Assembly: GCA_030704615.1 (NCBI GenBank)
Contig: CM060733.1
Coordinates: 47,554,001 to 47,618,000, forward strand
Direction: 5' to 3'
DNA: 64,000 nt
Origin: Takakia lepidozioides
Lineage: Eukaryota; Plantae; Bryophyta
The translations under genes were made by a program, and so were the position numbers. The first letter of the stretch is position 1, and the number at the start of each line of letters is the position of its first letter. Of this stretch, positions 11,688 to 28,851 are shown in pieces. Under the pieces are notes generated by a model. It was given only the letters and a program-made list of their open reading frames with translations. It was not told the origin of the DNA and ran no database searches.

Positions 11688-13281
11688 TCAGTCTTCTTCT
11701 TCTTCTTCTTCCTTCAGACGGATATGATCAGTCAGTTCCCCCTGTAGTTTCTGTAGGAGACAGTGCATCCGAATGGTGCTATGTAGGAACAAGGCTACAT
11801 CGCTCAACATATTCAAGTCGTAAATCTGTGAGATGAATTCAGCAGCCATTTCCTCACCACTCGGAGAGAGCTTCAGCCATCGAAACTGCCTTCCACAGCA
11901 GCAACCACCAATCACATAAGGGAGCGTACCATAGTACAGAGGGCTCCATACTCTTAATATCAACTTGTTCTCTTCCATTGCCGCAATAGCATCTCCCTCG
12001 TCAGTCTGATTCTCCCATCTGAGAATGAGTGCACCCCTCACAAACAGCAGAAAATCTGGCCTTAACAGCGGTAGAAGTGCTTTCGATGCTGTTTTAGAAG
12101 TCCCGGGATTGGATGAATCCAATAACGACTCAAAACCTTTTAATATACTCTCTGCTCCAGCATGTTTATTTTAAAATCGAAGGAAATCTCCAATGGGGTA
12201 ACACAATTGATGTGATGTGGTGGCCTCATTGGCTGGAGAGGGAATACTCATCTGGAAGAATGCATGTTCGAGAAAACATGCCAAGGGTCTCTCTGCTTCG
12301 GAGGTACAAAGTTTCACCAGACCAGGCTCGCCTACAGCGCGGTAAGTTCCCCTATCTTGGACTGGGAGCTTTTCTTCTCTCGTGGACAGAAATTTCCAGA
12401 GATCTTCGGTACTTTCGGGAAGCTCAACAGGGGCTTCCAACAGTTTCTTGAAATAGCTTCTTGTAGAAGAAACTTCAGACTCTTCCAGGTTAACTGGATC
12501 CGAGGACTGGTGTTCACCTGGTGACCTTTTTGCCTTCTTTGAAGGTGGCTCTCCCTCTGCACACACACCGGTCATTGTAGGAGTCCACATGCTCCGTTGC
12601 CAATACAAAAAGAGGCACGTACACCATAACACTCATACAGCATAGCCAAGCAGGAAAAAACAAATCTTCAAATATTTTTTCTAACTACTGCGCAAGACGT
12701 CCCATAAATTGGAATTTTGACAGATTTTGTAACAGTCCCATGCTACCGGCATGCACTTCATCTAAGAGCAACAATATGACACCACAGCAGGAAAGAGGTC
12801 TACAACCAAGACCCTAAGTGATCATGATACCTTAACAAAACAGAGCAAAGCAACCAATTAGAAAAATACAAATCTACTCTCCTCAAGTTCAAACCCTTGC
12901 ACCTTCCGGAGGGATATCAACTGCTTAAAACTAAGCTTGGAAACCCTAAAGTAGACAAGAATACAACCTTGAACCAGGTCATAATCAAACAAGGCTTCAA
13001 ACATGGGTCATATACGTACCTGTAGGAACTTCAGGTATTGGACAACAACTGACCACCACGGGATCTTTTTTCGTTCCTACAACATTCAAGACGTTCTTCA
13101 TCAGCGTCCACTACGCATCTGACCGACCGTCAGTTTGAGGAATTGTAAGGTCACCCAAGGTGATGGAACCTGGTGTCAACCCAAAGCGCGCACCGAGTGC
13201 ACGGAAGTCGATCTTGGCATCACGAGAAGAACAAACCCCAACAGGCCCTATTGTGTCCGATTTGAAGAAGATAACCTCCAT
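11688..13281 (-). pseudogene. Crinkler (CRN)-like protein: N-terminal header + restriction-endonuclease-fold domain, 2 exons, disabled
   Basis: Exon 1 13281-13020: MEVIFFKSDTIGPVGVCSSRDAKIDFRALGARFGLTPGSITLG..., in-frame TAG at 13111-13113. GT-AG phase-1 intron 13019-12557. Exon 2 starts EGEPPSKKAKR, has a stop and frameshift near 12170-12120, then RPDFLLFVRGALILRWENQ...WSPLYYGTLPYVIG, matching the CRN REase pattern RPDF-x7-8-RGEEK...W-x-P-x2-YG-x-LPY. Confidence 0.65.
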
Positions 13282-15129
13282 AGTATGATTAAGTTAGAGG
13301 TAAGAGCCTGCCCCTGCACAAGCACAAGCAAACGCACCTGCCATCAGTACAAGAAAGACTTTTACTGAATATGGAAATTGAGCTAATTGGGGTTTCACAA
13401 GGCTTCAAGAAAGAAACCACATAACTCTCCCGCAAAGTCGAGAGCAGGACTCTCTTTTCATTGCCATGCCTATACTTCTTTCCGTGGATCACGGTGCCAT
13501 TGTCTAAAACTGTTACTTGGATGTCAGCCATCAATGAAGTAAAGTCCAGCAGAGCACTTGGCAAATAATAGTATCCACGCTGTTGGGCGGACACTTTCAT
13601 CAGGGTCAGGTGACCCAAGCCTGTGCCACAAGGCTGGTTTGGACATTGCCTGCAACACCACCACAAACAGATTCCATGATTATTAGCAAGAGAGAGCATC
13701 CACACTATGGAGTCAGATCAAACTCTGAGATAGCCTTACAACCGTAGTCACCACAGGATACTAACCTCAAGGGCTGGTCAAGGTATTTCAGCTCATCAGG
13801 ATCATGAGTGTCAATTTAAGAGCTGTCAAAATAGTATATAAAGGCAGCAGAATTCTTCCAGCGTTCTCTAGCCGTAGCTTGCAACAGTTGTGACATGCCC
13901 ACTGTGATACGCTGAGTACACTCAGTACGCTGCAAAAACATGTACTGTGCAGTGGAAAATGTCCAGAGTGCTGCCTCTGGGTTGATCTGAGACTCAAAAA
14001 TGACCATCTTGAGCAGTGACCATTATGGGCTACTCAAGAGAGAAGTTGCCAAAGAACCTTTGAACTTGGATTCTGCTAGGGTGTAAGAACAGACCACTTC
14101 TATATATGGAATGAGTGGAACGAAAGTAGAAGTTCATTCCTGGGGTATCCAACGTATGCATGGGCTCAAAAGTTGCGGTGAGGTACCTGAATCACCTTGA
14201 GCAACACTGCAATGAGTAATACATTGCATCTCGACTCGAAGTAGCTTCGTCGTGGTTTGGAGTGGTGTGTCGTGGTGGATAGTTTGCAGATTTGTTGACA
14301 TGACTATGGATATTGCAATCAAGCACTGGCACAGCTGGTCTCATTCTGGATTTACCTTCCACTCTGTCGTATCCTTCTGAATGGATCTGTGTTGACAACG
14401 TAATATACCCTGTACAAGAACAAGCGAGGCATTACGTTAGCAGTTTGCATTACGTCTCACGACGTAACGTCGACGAACGACCGTTACATGTTACAGACAC
14501 CCCAAGGTCGGACACTTAAGTTCCTCCGACTGGTCGCAGATTGTTGGCGAGCTCGTCAGTTTCCCGCTCTTGTGTCCCCGCGCGGTCTGGCGGCTCGCTT
14601 TCCATTGTTGTCAGCGAGGGTTTCATGTGCACCTCGCGAGTGCGGGGACGGCGAACTCTTCTGCTTCGAGGAGTTGGTGCAGCGAATGGAAGTATTGGGC
14701 CCTTGAATGGTACTAGAGGATTTTTCTGTGACATCAGGCTGCTTGAAGGCCTGGTATTTGCTGCACGCGCAAGAGGCTGAGCGCAACCTATTCAGTCTCT
14801 ACTAAGGAGGTAGCCAACTGCGAGAGTCTCAGAGTCGTAATATTAGAGATTGCTCGTCCACTGAAGTGTAGCTACGCCTCATATAATCATTCTTAAGGTG
14901 TGCTTCTGCGAATATTGTCGGTGCATGGTGGGGAAGGATTTTTTTTCCGAGAGTTATCTGCTGTGGTTGACAAAGTGGCTTCGTCTTCGAACAAGAGCAT
15001 GCCTTTCGTACTTTAGAGCGGCAGTTGAGGGATGAAGCTGGCGTGAAATTCACATGCAGTTGCGCCGTGTCATTGCATGTGTTGTGCTTGTGTTGTTTTC
15101 CCATCTTTCGAGGATTCTCTGGCAAGGTC

Positions 15130-15690
15130 ATGTCGCCTTCTGCATCTCCCCCGGCAGCAATGAAAGTCTACATAGTGCAGCGTCAGTCCGAAGTCCGTCA
15201 GATCAGCTCTGGCTATGGTATCATGCTCAACAAAGTGGATATATCATACGTGGATGATGCTTTCATGGACGAACAGCAAGCATTTGCTGCTGCTCTTCGC
15301 GAGCAGATCGCAGAGTTGGAAGAGAGCGGAAGCTATTCAGTGAATAAGGTGCGCAAGCTTGCAACTCAGGCAATGAAGCCTTTGAAAGAGCGGTTGATGA
15401 GTGTGCATCAAGAAGTGGAAGAGAGTGGTTACAGTCATGATCGTGATTTGCCAGTGGTCAAATTTTGTGTGCTCGAGTTCCCTGTGGCGCCTGTGAAATC
15501 GTTTGTGGAGGCTGATTTTCTGAAGGGACTGGAGACTGATTCTGAAGATAACGACGAGGAAGAGGGGGAAGAAGAGGATGACGAGCAGGACGTGGGAGAC
15601 GTTTCTGATAATGACGAAGACGAAGATGACGACGAAGTGGAAATCCCCGACAGCAAGAAACAGAAACAAGGACTTCAAGGTTCCAATTGA
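15130..15690 (+). CDS. Orphan protein (~186 aa) with acidic D/E tail and terminal basic patch
   Basis: Open ORF from ATG 15130; helical-looking body, then DSEDNDEEEGEEEDDEQ...DSKKQK. Confidence 0.55.
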   Translation: MSPSASPPAAMKVYIVQRQSEVRQISSGYGIMLNKVDISYVDDAFMDEQQAFAAALREQIAELEESGSYSVNKVRKLATQAMKPLKERLMSVHQEVEESGYSHDRDLPVVKFCVLEFPVAPVKSFVEADFLKGLETDSEDNDEEEGEEEDDEQDVGDVSDNDEDEDDDEVEIPDSKKQKQGLQGSN

Positions 15691-17066
15691 GGAATGGCCA
15701 TGAAACTGCCATCCATCTTCAATATGGCGAGGTGTGTCAGACTGTGTCTATGCTGAGATTTCATGCTGAGATCCACATGTTTTAGTCATCAAAGCCACCA
15801 TGACTGGCTGGCCGTCATGGTAGCGTGTCTTCCTCGGTTGAGATTCATGCCTACATTCCCATGGCACGGGATACAAGACTCCCCGTACCTCCATGTAGTT
15901 TGTTGCACTTTCTGAGAAGGTAAAAGTAGTCATGCGAGGATGGACAAAGGGACCGTGATACACTCCGCTGCCACTGCGAGACACATCACAAGTGTGTCCT
16001 TGTTGTAAGATAGACAAGTACATATATGGTTACTCAGAGTGGCCTTGCTACAGGTCATGGCGATACACTATCAGCTTGTGCTGGACTCTCAGTTACAATG
16101 AAGGCTGTCAGTGAACAAACGAATGGGAAGATGCACTCCCTGCCCTTTTAGGACGAGGATTATGAGCATTTTTAAGCAGTGTGTTATTATTCAACCCTTC
16201 AGTGATCATCTATCGTCTCCCATTATATTGGCTTTTGTAGTCCCATAGGAGGCATAGGAAGCACTTGAGCCGGTGCAGGTGAGAATGAAAAGCGGGAGAT
16301 GTGTGAAAGCAAGGTGGTTATAGTATGCCACATTCGCACAACCTGTAATGTCACAGACCATCTAAAGGTTAGTCTGATGATAAATGAAGGGGAATGCAGA
16401 AGATGTACACAAATGAACAACATCTATTCATAGCCAAGAATGAGCTTCCCGGTACCACTTCAGGTGTGCACAGATGAGTCAGTGTGAATGTAGAGTGCAC
16501 CCTCCATATTTTGACATTTGCGAGAAGTAAACCTGGGAGTGCTATGTTCTTTATTGTTCTCTTCTGAAGATGGAGCTGTAGAAGCTCTGTAGTCCAGGAG
16601 TTTTATCCTGTACAAAGAATGAATGACTCTGTATGTGATAGATATTGACTCACTGTGCTCCTTCCCTGCCTGGGCATGCGGTCTGTGATCACATGGCCAT
16701 AGCAAGCCAAGTCAGATGAGTACATTCTATCTCTTTACCTCCACCTCTTTTAAACTCTCTGCAGGGGACCATCAATGACTACATCTAAATCTGCGTTTCA
16801 GTCTTATCACCTATACCTCCTCCTGGCATCTCTTGTACCTTAAGAATTTCCAGCCGTAGTCACAATCAAACACGAGCTTTATCTCGTAATTGCACTCTAC
16901 AACTGCGAAGGGGGGTGGACTTAAAAGATACTCAGGACTTGGCTCTCTACTTACACGGTTGCTGTAACCAGGTTTACGAATACTGGGTGAGGAAAAAATA
17001 AAAATGGAGCATGGAATGGAATAGGAAAGATGAGACTACACAAAGTTGAAGGGAGATGAGGAAATT

Positions 17067-22003
<4,937 letters not shown>

Positions 22004-22605
22004 TCCAATCTCCCGAACTCCAAAACCTGAATTTTCCAACCTTCTTCCTGATCCCTACTCTGTTATAAGCTCTTCCACAAGATTCCTCAAGATTTCATCA
22101 GCGCCGTGTCTTAATACGTGTCGTGCGCCGCCGTGAGGACGCGCATAGCGCAGAGGTGCTCTTTGTCCCCCATTCTGAGATGCCGAGGCATCAAACACCG
22201 CACAAACCACGTGATTGAGACCGATGGCTGAACGCGTCAAAGCCTTCTTCCCAAACCGCGTGGTAACAACACTCCAATCTACACTTGCTTCCCGTTCTAC
22301 TCCTCTCAAACACGACAGTGATCTTCTTCCCTCTCACATAACCACCTCTCCCTTCTTTCTCTCGTGCGCCCCGTCGTTACGCGTCGCTGTCTTTGTCTTC
22401 CTGCCTCTCGAGTATCCCCTGCCACGAGACTGATGGCGCGTCCGCGCCGGGTCGTCCCGGTCCGGGTTCAGCCGACCCGGCCAAACTCCCTTGCACGCCG
22501 ACCCGTCCAGACCTCAGGCTCTCGATTTGGGTCCGTCCCGGGCCACCCGCTCGACAGCCGGGCCGGCCCCCCCACACAAGCCGCACCACTACACTCCACT
22601 CAATC

Positions 22606-22616
22606 TCACTCACTCA

Positions 22617-22651
<35 letters not shown>
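22606..22651. repeat. (CT)n/(CACT)n microsatellite in the UGE upstream region
   Basis: Direct reading; adjacent to a CpG-rich stretch at 22430-22580. Confidence 0.85.
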
Positions 22652-23980
22652 AACTTCGTGAAGAAATAAAGGTGAAAGTTTGTTTAGCGAAAGAGGCAAG
22701 TGACACGGTGATGGCACGTTAGACTGCACGTTAGGCTCTGACGTTGCGACTTGCCCAAACGTCGCTTCTCTTTTGGTTTCAGTCGTCTCGTGGGGCCCAA
22801 CATGTGCAGCGAGTCAGCAAATCGCAGGTTTTCATCGGGGACCACCATAGCCACTTCGAGATCTCTAATAAGTTCTAACTTAGTCTGTTTGGCAAATACA
22901 AACTGGTGTGCTTCTTGAGCGCATCCGCCAGCTCAGGCAAGTAAAAGTCGACGGTGGGCTTGCGTATTGAAGTAGAATACGGAAGATGCGGTTAGCAGTG
23001 CAGCCACAGATGCTGGATTCTGATGGATCCGCAGGCTCATGTGAACGACCTACCTCAGCAGCTCCTTGGAAAAGCAGTGAAGTTACGGCTGCAAGTTGGC
23101 CCCACACGGGATTTCAGCTGATTGGCTCCATGGCAATAAACTTCCTCACAAGCTGACATGTACCAATGTTCCTCAGAACCCACAGTCGATCCTTGCACTG
23201 AAGTACTTACCATTGATGTCACTCTCAACGACAGACTTACAAGCTACGTCTGGTAAGATAGCTTGCAAGTTAGGCGTACACTTCAAACTTCCAGCACTTT
23301 CAAGATTGCATGCTTAGAGGTACCACCACTGAAACATCGCTTGGAAAGCTCTCCTGTACATCTAAGCTCCGACTGAGGAGAGTGTGGATTGAACGATTGA
23401 ACCCAGGAGAGCCTTGCACTACCCACCGAAGGTGGGCTCCTTGTCGGAACCGAAATTGATATGGATGGTGGGGGGTGGGTGGCAGTGGGAGGCGTGTGAT
23501 GAATCCAGTATTTCATGTGCTAGTTTCCATTGGACAGATTTAGTTGCAGTCAGAAGGAAAATTATTTGTGGCAGCAGCTTCAAGGACACATTCCAAGACA
23601 AAAGCAAAAACAATGCCCACTTGAGAGCACACTGCAGGCCATGATTATGCCACAGTGGGTAGGGCACTGCTCTCATCCATTTATTACACACCCAGTTGGG
23701 TAGAACTTCACAGCAATCAAATTCTTACTCCAGTTTGGAGCAGCTAATATTTCACCCCCACAACTTTTTTCACCCTTGACTGCAAACTCTGCACCTCTTG
23801 CCACCTTTTTATTTTATAACTAGAAACATGCGTCGAGTCGTCGACCGTCGAGTCATGTTCCTAACTACATCTCCTACCTTCAACTAAACAATTTTCCATC
23901 GGAATTCCATGAGTATGTCCTCCTTAACTTTGTAACTTTGATTCCCTCCACAAAACTCCCTCAGACTGGGTTTTGCCTGA

Positions 23981-24181
23981 CAAGACCTCTAATTCTGCGC
24001 TGCCCCTTTGTTTCTCAGGGCCTGTTGAATGGGCCACCTGAATATTGGGCAGCGGTACCCGCCTGCAGGCTGTGCAGAGGGCGGGATCCCGCTGCTACCT
24101 GCTGCAGGGGACCCCATCTTCAGAGGGGTGTTGGATAAGCCCGGGGAAACAAGGGGGGGCAGCGCAGAATTAGATGGCTTG
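23981..24181. mobile_element. ~200-bp MITE
   Basis: TIR TCTAATTCTGCGCTGCCCC..TTGTTTC / GAAACAA..GGGGCAGCGCAGAATTAGA, plus an internal hairpin GCAGCGG-ACCCGCC...GGCGGG-TCCCGCTGC. Confidence 0.75.
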
Positions 24182-24270
24182 CAAGGGCTACCCATTGGCG
24201 GTGGATGGATTCAATCAAAGAAAATTCCCAACTTGAGCAACCACATAATTGGAACTGTGCTGTTTCCGAA

Positions 24271-24392
24271 ACAACAAAACCAAATTTGTCGCACAACCAA
24301 AAAAAGGTGGCAACAAAAAGACCAAATTTGTCTCACAACCAAAAAAGTGGCAACAACAAAACCAAATTTGTCCCACAACCAAAAAAAGGTGG
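24271..24392. repeat. ~39-bp tandem repeat x3
   Basis: CAACAAAA(A/G)CCAAATTTGTCNCACAACCAAAAAAAGGTGG units. Confidence 0.85.
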
Positions 24393-24579
24393 TAACGTGC
24401 GGAAAATGCATGGAAGTACTTGGAACTTCTGCCAGACCTCTCTGGATTGAAGGCGACCAACTTTTACGAGGCTTGTTTTTTTTTCTTTTTCTTTTTACAA
24501 TTAAGGGACCTGATTTGTGAGCAGGCGCTCCCATGTGTTTCCCTTTTTTTAATGTATACTAGGGTAGCCTGTGCGGTTG

Positions 24580-25155
24580 GCCCAAGCGTCCAAGCCCATG
24601 TGCATTCTCCTATGTATCCAAATGCGTCTCCTACAAATCAACCTCTAGATAGCTTGTGCCGCTGGCCGATGTGTGAATAATTGAAATGTAAGACCAAGTG
24701 CAATTTCCTATGTATCCTAGTGCGTCTCCTATGTCGAGGCCCAAGCCCAAGTGCAATCTTTTATGTATCCAAGTGCATCTCCTGTGTAGAGGGCCCAAAT
24801 GTCCATTGTCATTGAAACCCAAGTGCAATCTCCTATATATCCAATGACATCTCCCATGTGTGTCTCCTATGTCGAGGCCCATCTAATCCCAGGCAATCTT
24901 TTATGTATCCAAGTGCATCTCCCATGTAGATGCTCAAGTGTCCACTCTCATTTAAGACCAAGTGCAATTTCTTATGTTGCGTCTCTTCTGTTGAGGCCCA
25001 AGTGCGACCTCTAGTGTAGCCTATGCCGTTGGCCATGTGTGAAAAATTGAAACATAAGCCCAACTTCAATCTTCTATACATGTATCCAAGTGCATCTCCC
25101 ATGTAGAGGCCCAAGTGTGACCTCCAGTGTCCATAGCAATCCCCTATGTATCCAA
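24580..25155. repeat. Degenerate minisatellite (CCCAAGTGCAATCTCCTATGTATCCAAGTGCATCTCC...)
   Basis: Many diverged copies of CCAAGTGCA / TATGTATCC / GAGGCCCA. Confidence 0.75.
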
Positions 25156-25639
25156 AGACCTACAGTTTGGGAGATCTCTATCTATTGCCCACTTTGCTAT
25201 TTTTGCAATCTCCCTTGTTGAGGCTTCATATATTGATATATCCACTTTGCTATTTTTTACTAATTTCCAGCAACCAAAAGTATTTGAAATTCCAAATGTC
25301 CCACATGAAGGGCCAATCATTGCTCCAGGAAAGCCCACTTTGCAATTTTTCTCAAATTTCCCACAACCCAAAGCACTTGAAACTCCGGATCTCCCACACT
25401 GCTGGTCCAAAAATCATAAGACCAAGACGGTGCACCCCTCCTCACCGAGGGCTTTCCAATGACACCAAGCACCTACGTTGTTGGGCCCCGCGGTTTGGGA
25501 GATCTCAACGATGCTACAAAACAAAACAAAACAGACGTCTCGTTTCATATATATATATATATATAATATTTTGGGTTTAAATCATCGAGGAAATTCGAAC
25601 AGATTTGTGAAATTGTTTTCATATGGGAATCTTATGACA

Positions 25640-25790
25640 ACCAGCATGTAGCCCAGTGGTAATGGGCACATACCACGTTGGATGTGGTTGTGGGTTCAAA
25701 CCATCGTCTGGTGTCATGAAGGTGACCTCCTTCCTGTTATAAGAGGTAAAAAATAAAAAAGAGTTGGACTTAAAAAAAAAATTAAAAAAA
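25640..25790 (+). mobile_element. tRNA-derived SINE
   Basis: A box TAGCCCAGTGG, B box GGTTCAAACC, A-rich tail, flanking direct repeat AATCTTAT. Confidence 0.75.
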
Positions 25791-26475
25791 ATCTTATTAT
25801 GCTCACAAAAAAGTTATGAGACTGCAATTCCTATGACAAATATTAAGTGAAGGTCTAAGGAGCTAGTTAGGAACATGATTCCACGGTCAAGTTTTATGAA
25901 TCTCAAAAACATGTTAGTTATGAATAATAAAAAGGTGGCCACAGGTGCATGCAAAAGAGTGAGAGAAGAAAAACACCGAAGGAAAGGTTGATGTGTTTAC
26001 TTGGACTACACTACAAGCCCGGCCTGCAAACTAGTAAAGCTATGGCTCAACACAGAAGATTTTCCATCTCTTCTTGAAGAATATACAGCACCCACTTTGT
26101 GGATGCAGCTGTGGGTGCAGATCCTAGAGTATTTTTGGGTCGTGAGCAGGTTTCGATGACACGAACATTTTGGAGCCTGAACTTAGAGGTTAGGGTTTAA
26201 GTGTATGAACGTAGGATTGGTGGCGCTTCTAGGATCATACCAGTAATGAAGCTCACGGAAGCTGTCTTGTTGGTCAAGCTTTTGGGTGCAGATTAGATTG
26301 GTGGCACTGATATGATCCTGGAAGTGCAATGGGCTGCTGCATAGAAGCTTGGGATTCAAGCTGAGATTGGTGAGAAGATTGGTGAGAAGCTGAGGAGATG
26401 AGATTGGCTTAAGATCCAAGTCTTAGACCTTCTAAATACTTCAGCTTGCGGAAGCACTGGAGCTTTTGGGAAGAA

Positions 26476-28318
26476 ATGCAGATACCGGTGAAGTGCGGCT
26501 GCGGAGAGTGTGAAGAGTGGGCTATGGTGGAGCTCCAGGGGTCTCTAGAAATCCAGCATGCTGCCAGCCCGCACAATCTGACCATCGGGTCTCTGTGTCT
26601 TACGTGTGAGGTATGCTTTCCTTTTTTCTTTATTCATTTTCGCTACGTGTTCACAGCAGTTTTGACAGTGAGCCTCCATGCTATGGTTTGTCTCGAGGAG
26701 ACACCAAGATTTTAGACTGTGTCCTGGCTACATTAGTGGCTCATGCAATATCCAGGGTTCGATGCATCCAATCCAGGTTTGCTGGACACAGCAGATGGGT
26801 GTACTGTTCAGTCCCTTGGCCTAACTTGCTTGCGGAAAAGTTAATCACATACATAAAGCATTCTTGAATTTCTCATCGCAGAATAATGGGAGGACTTGGC
26901 CCTGGTGTGGATTCTCCAGATGCATAACTTGTGTGAAGTTGCCACATTTGGAGCTTTCGAAATAGAAATTTCAGAGTCATATTCCTCTATCACATTAAAA
27001 GTGCTCCTTTGGTCAGCCATCAAAAGCTGGGGCTGCGGAATCTTAGTGAGCAGTTATGAGGGTTGGCGACCAAATGTACCAGCCCAGGCAGTTTGTGGAA
27101 GCTTGTGTACCTGATAACAAAGATCTGTCTATTAGCCATTTGGAAACATGAATGACTTGAAAAACTCGGAGCAGAAATTTCATGCCTACATTATTCTTTG
27201 AAAGAAACTGGGAAATGCTCGAGGAAACTTCTGTATTTGAGGCATTATGTACTGTTGCTCACAGAAAAAATATAAATTTGTCATTGGCTACCATGAGCTG
27301 GAGGGCACAAAAGTTCCACTGAAGAAGCCACTAGCGATTCTCAAAAAGCTGAAGCCCTCCCATGTCATGGACTTTGATTCACCGGTCAAGGCAGCTCCTG
27401 TTAATGTGGGAATGCAAGTTGTGGGCATTATTCGGCACAAGCTCCTCTTCAAGACCAGACCCAAGGCTCTTATATCTAGTGAGCTCACTCACCTGTCTCC
27501 AGTCCGTGTCTCTATCTGTTTTGGGTAGCCGGCGAAAGTGATGACACCCCACACACAAGTTAACTCATCATGAGGCCACTGTCAAAAGAGGGAAATATCA
27601 TCACGTAGAAGGTGCCTCTTAGCTACCCTGATTTTGGCCTCTCTGGCTTTCTCTCCCCTCTCTCTCTCTCAAACAACATCTTTTCCATCTTGTGGCTGGC
27701 AGTCACAACAACACCATCAGAGTCTTCATTATGAGTCCTCAGCACTGACCGGGGTTTCCTGTTCTAGATGTGGAGTTAATAGGCTTAAAGTCCACATTAT
27801 TTTGGGTTTTATTCCTATCTTGATATGCTATAAACCACACATATCACTTTAGGTTCTGACAGCACTGGATGAACACTTAGCTCCCTTGTAGCTGTGACTG
27901 GGTAGCTGCTGCTTGTCAAAAGGACGACTGTCATGTGAGATAAGAACCAAAATTGGTGCTTCCACTTCCACTTTGAAAGCACTTCTTGGCTACAAATGTA
28001 TGAGCCTTAGCTTAAAAATTGTAGTGGGACATTTGCATCAGCAGGTCTCAGCAATATCCAACAAGAGACTGGTCTGAGTGTGGGTTTAGGATCTTGATTG
28101 TTCACCAAAAGCTGTAACCAAGTTAGGGTGCATTGGTGGGGTGACTATGGATGCAGAGACAGATGTGAAACCCAACAAGACCTGTTCTCTGCCAGGGCAT
28201 GCTGCTGCTTGATTTGTTATCAATCGGCCTCAAACTCCACTTTGCAAACCTCTCGTCTCTTTAAATGCGATTTGTCCCTCTTATCTATGTCCTCTCAGAA
28301 GCTTCAAAGAGAACCTGA
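26476..28318 (+). CDS. CTF8: Chromosome transmission fidelity protein 8 (Ctf18-RFC subunit)
   Basis: Exon 1 26476-26610 MQIPVKCGCGECEEWAMVELQG..LTIGSL; exon 2 27265-27478 FVIGYHELEGTKVPLKKPLAIL..VVGIIRHKLLFKTRPKALIS. The short last exon (28299-28318, KASKRT*) is tentative. Confidence 0.9.
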
Positions 28319-28757
28319 GAACCTGAGAACCTTGGAGCTTTCTGAAGCTACCTTCCTGCTTCCCAGTTCATAGAAAGAAAATTACTGCAAATTTGTTTCT
28401 ATCCTTGGCAGGTCAGTTTTCTAGTTACTTGGTGTGCTTTATTTGGGAGTTTGGTCGATCCTGCTTTTGGAAGAACATAGAGTTTGCCAAAGGAGACAAA
28501 AAATTCTCTCCTCCCAGATCTGCGGCATGAAGTCCATGAAAGGTCCTCAACTTCCACATTAAGAGGAAGTAGAAGCTTTCAACTGAACAAGGCCCATAGC
28601 AGATTTCCCCTCATGTATGTGGAACAATTTGCTTCAAAATGCTGGATTTGATGGAACTTGGTGAGTTACAAAACTTAGTCAAGACTTGAGGCTACTCGAT
28701 ACTTCCGATTAGCCAGGTGGCGGATTTTGTGTCTTTGGAAGTATGGTGTGAAAACAT

Positions 28758-28851
28758 GCAGGTCCCTCGCAATTGAACAGACTCGTTTGGGGCCACTGCA
28801 CATGGGCCCCAACAAAGTCTAACCTCCATTTGGCAGTCTGAGAGGACCTGC
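28758..28851. repeat. ~95-bp hairpin / mini-MITE downstream of CTF8
   Basis: GCAGGTCC..AGACT..TTGGGGCC / GGCCCCAA..AGTCT..GGACCTGC nested inverted repeats. Confidence 0.55.

Larger units (their letters stand above)
23817..25921. mobile_element. Non-autonomous TIR element (~2.1 kb) with ~100-bp degenerate TIRs and nested inserts
   Basis: Left GACCGTCGAGTCATGTTCCTAACTA..CCTTCA..GGAATT is the inverted counterpart of right AATTCC..TGAAGG..TAGTTAGGAACATGATTCCACGGTC. Confidence 0.6.

Noticed and set aside
25640-25715. tRNA gene
   Set aside because: A and B boxes are present but there is no convincing cloverleaf; the A-rich tail and TSD indicate a SINE.
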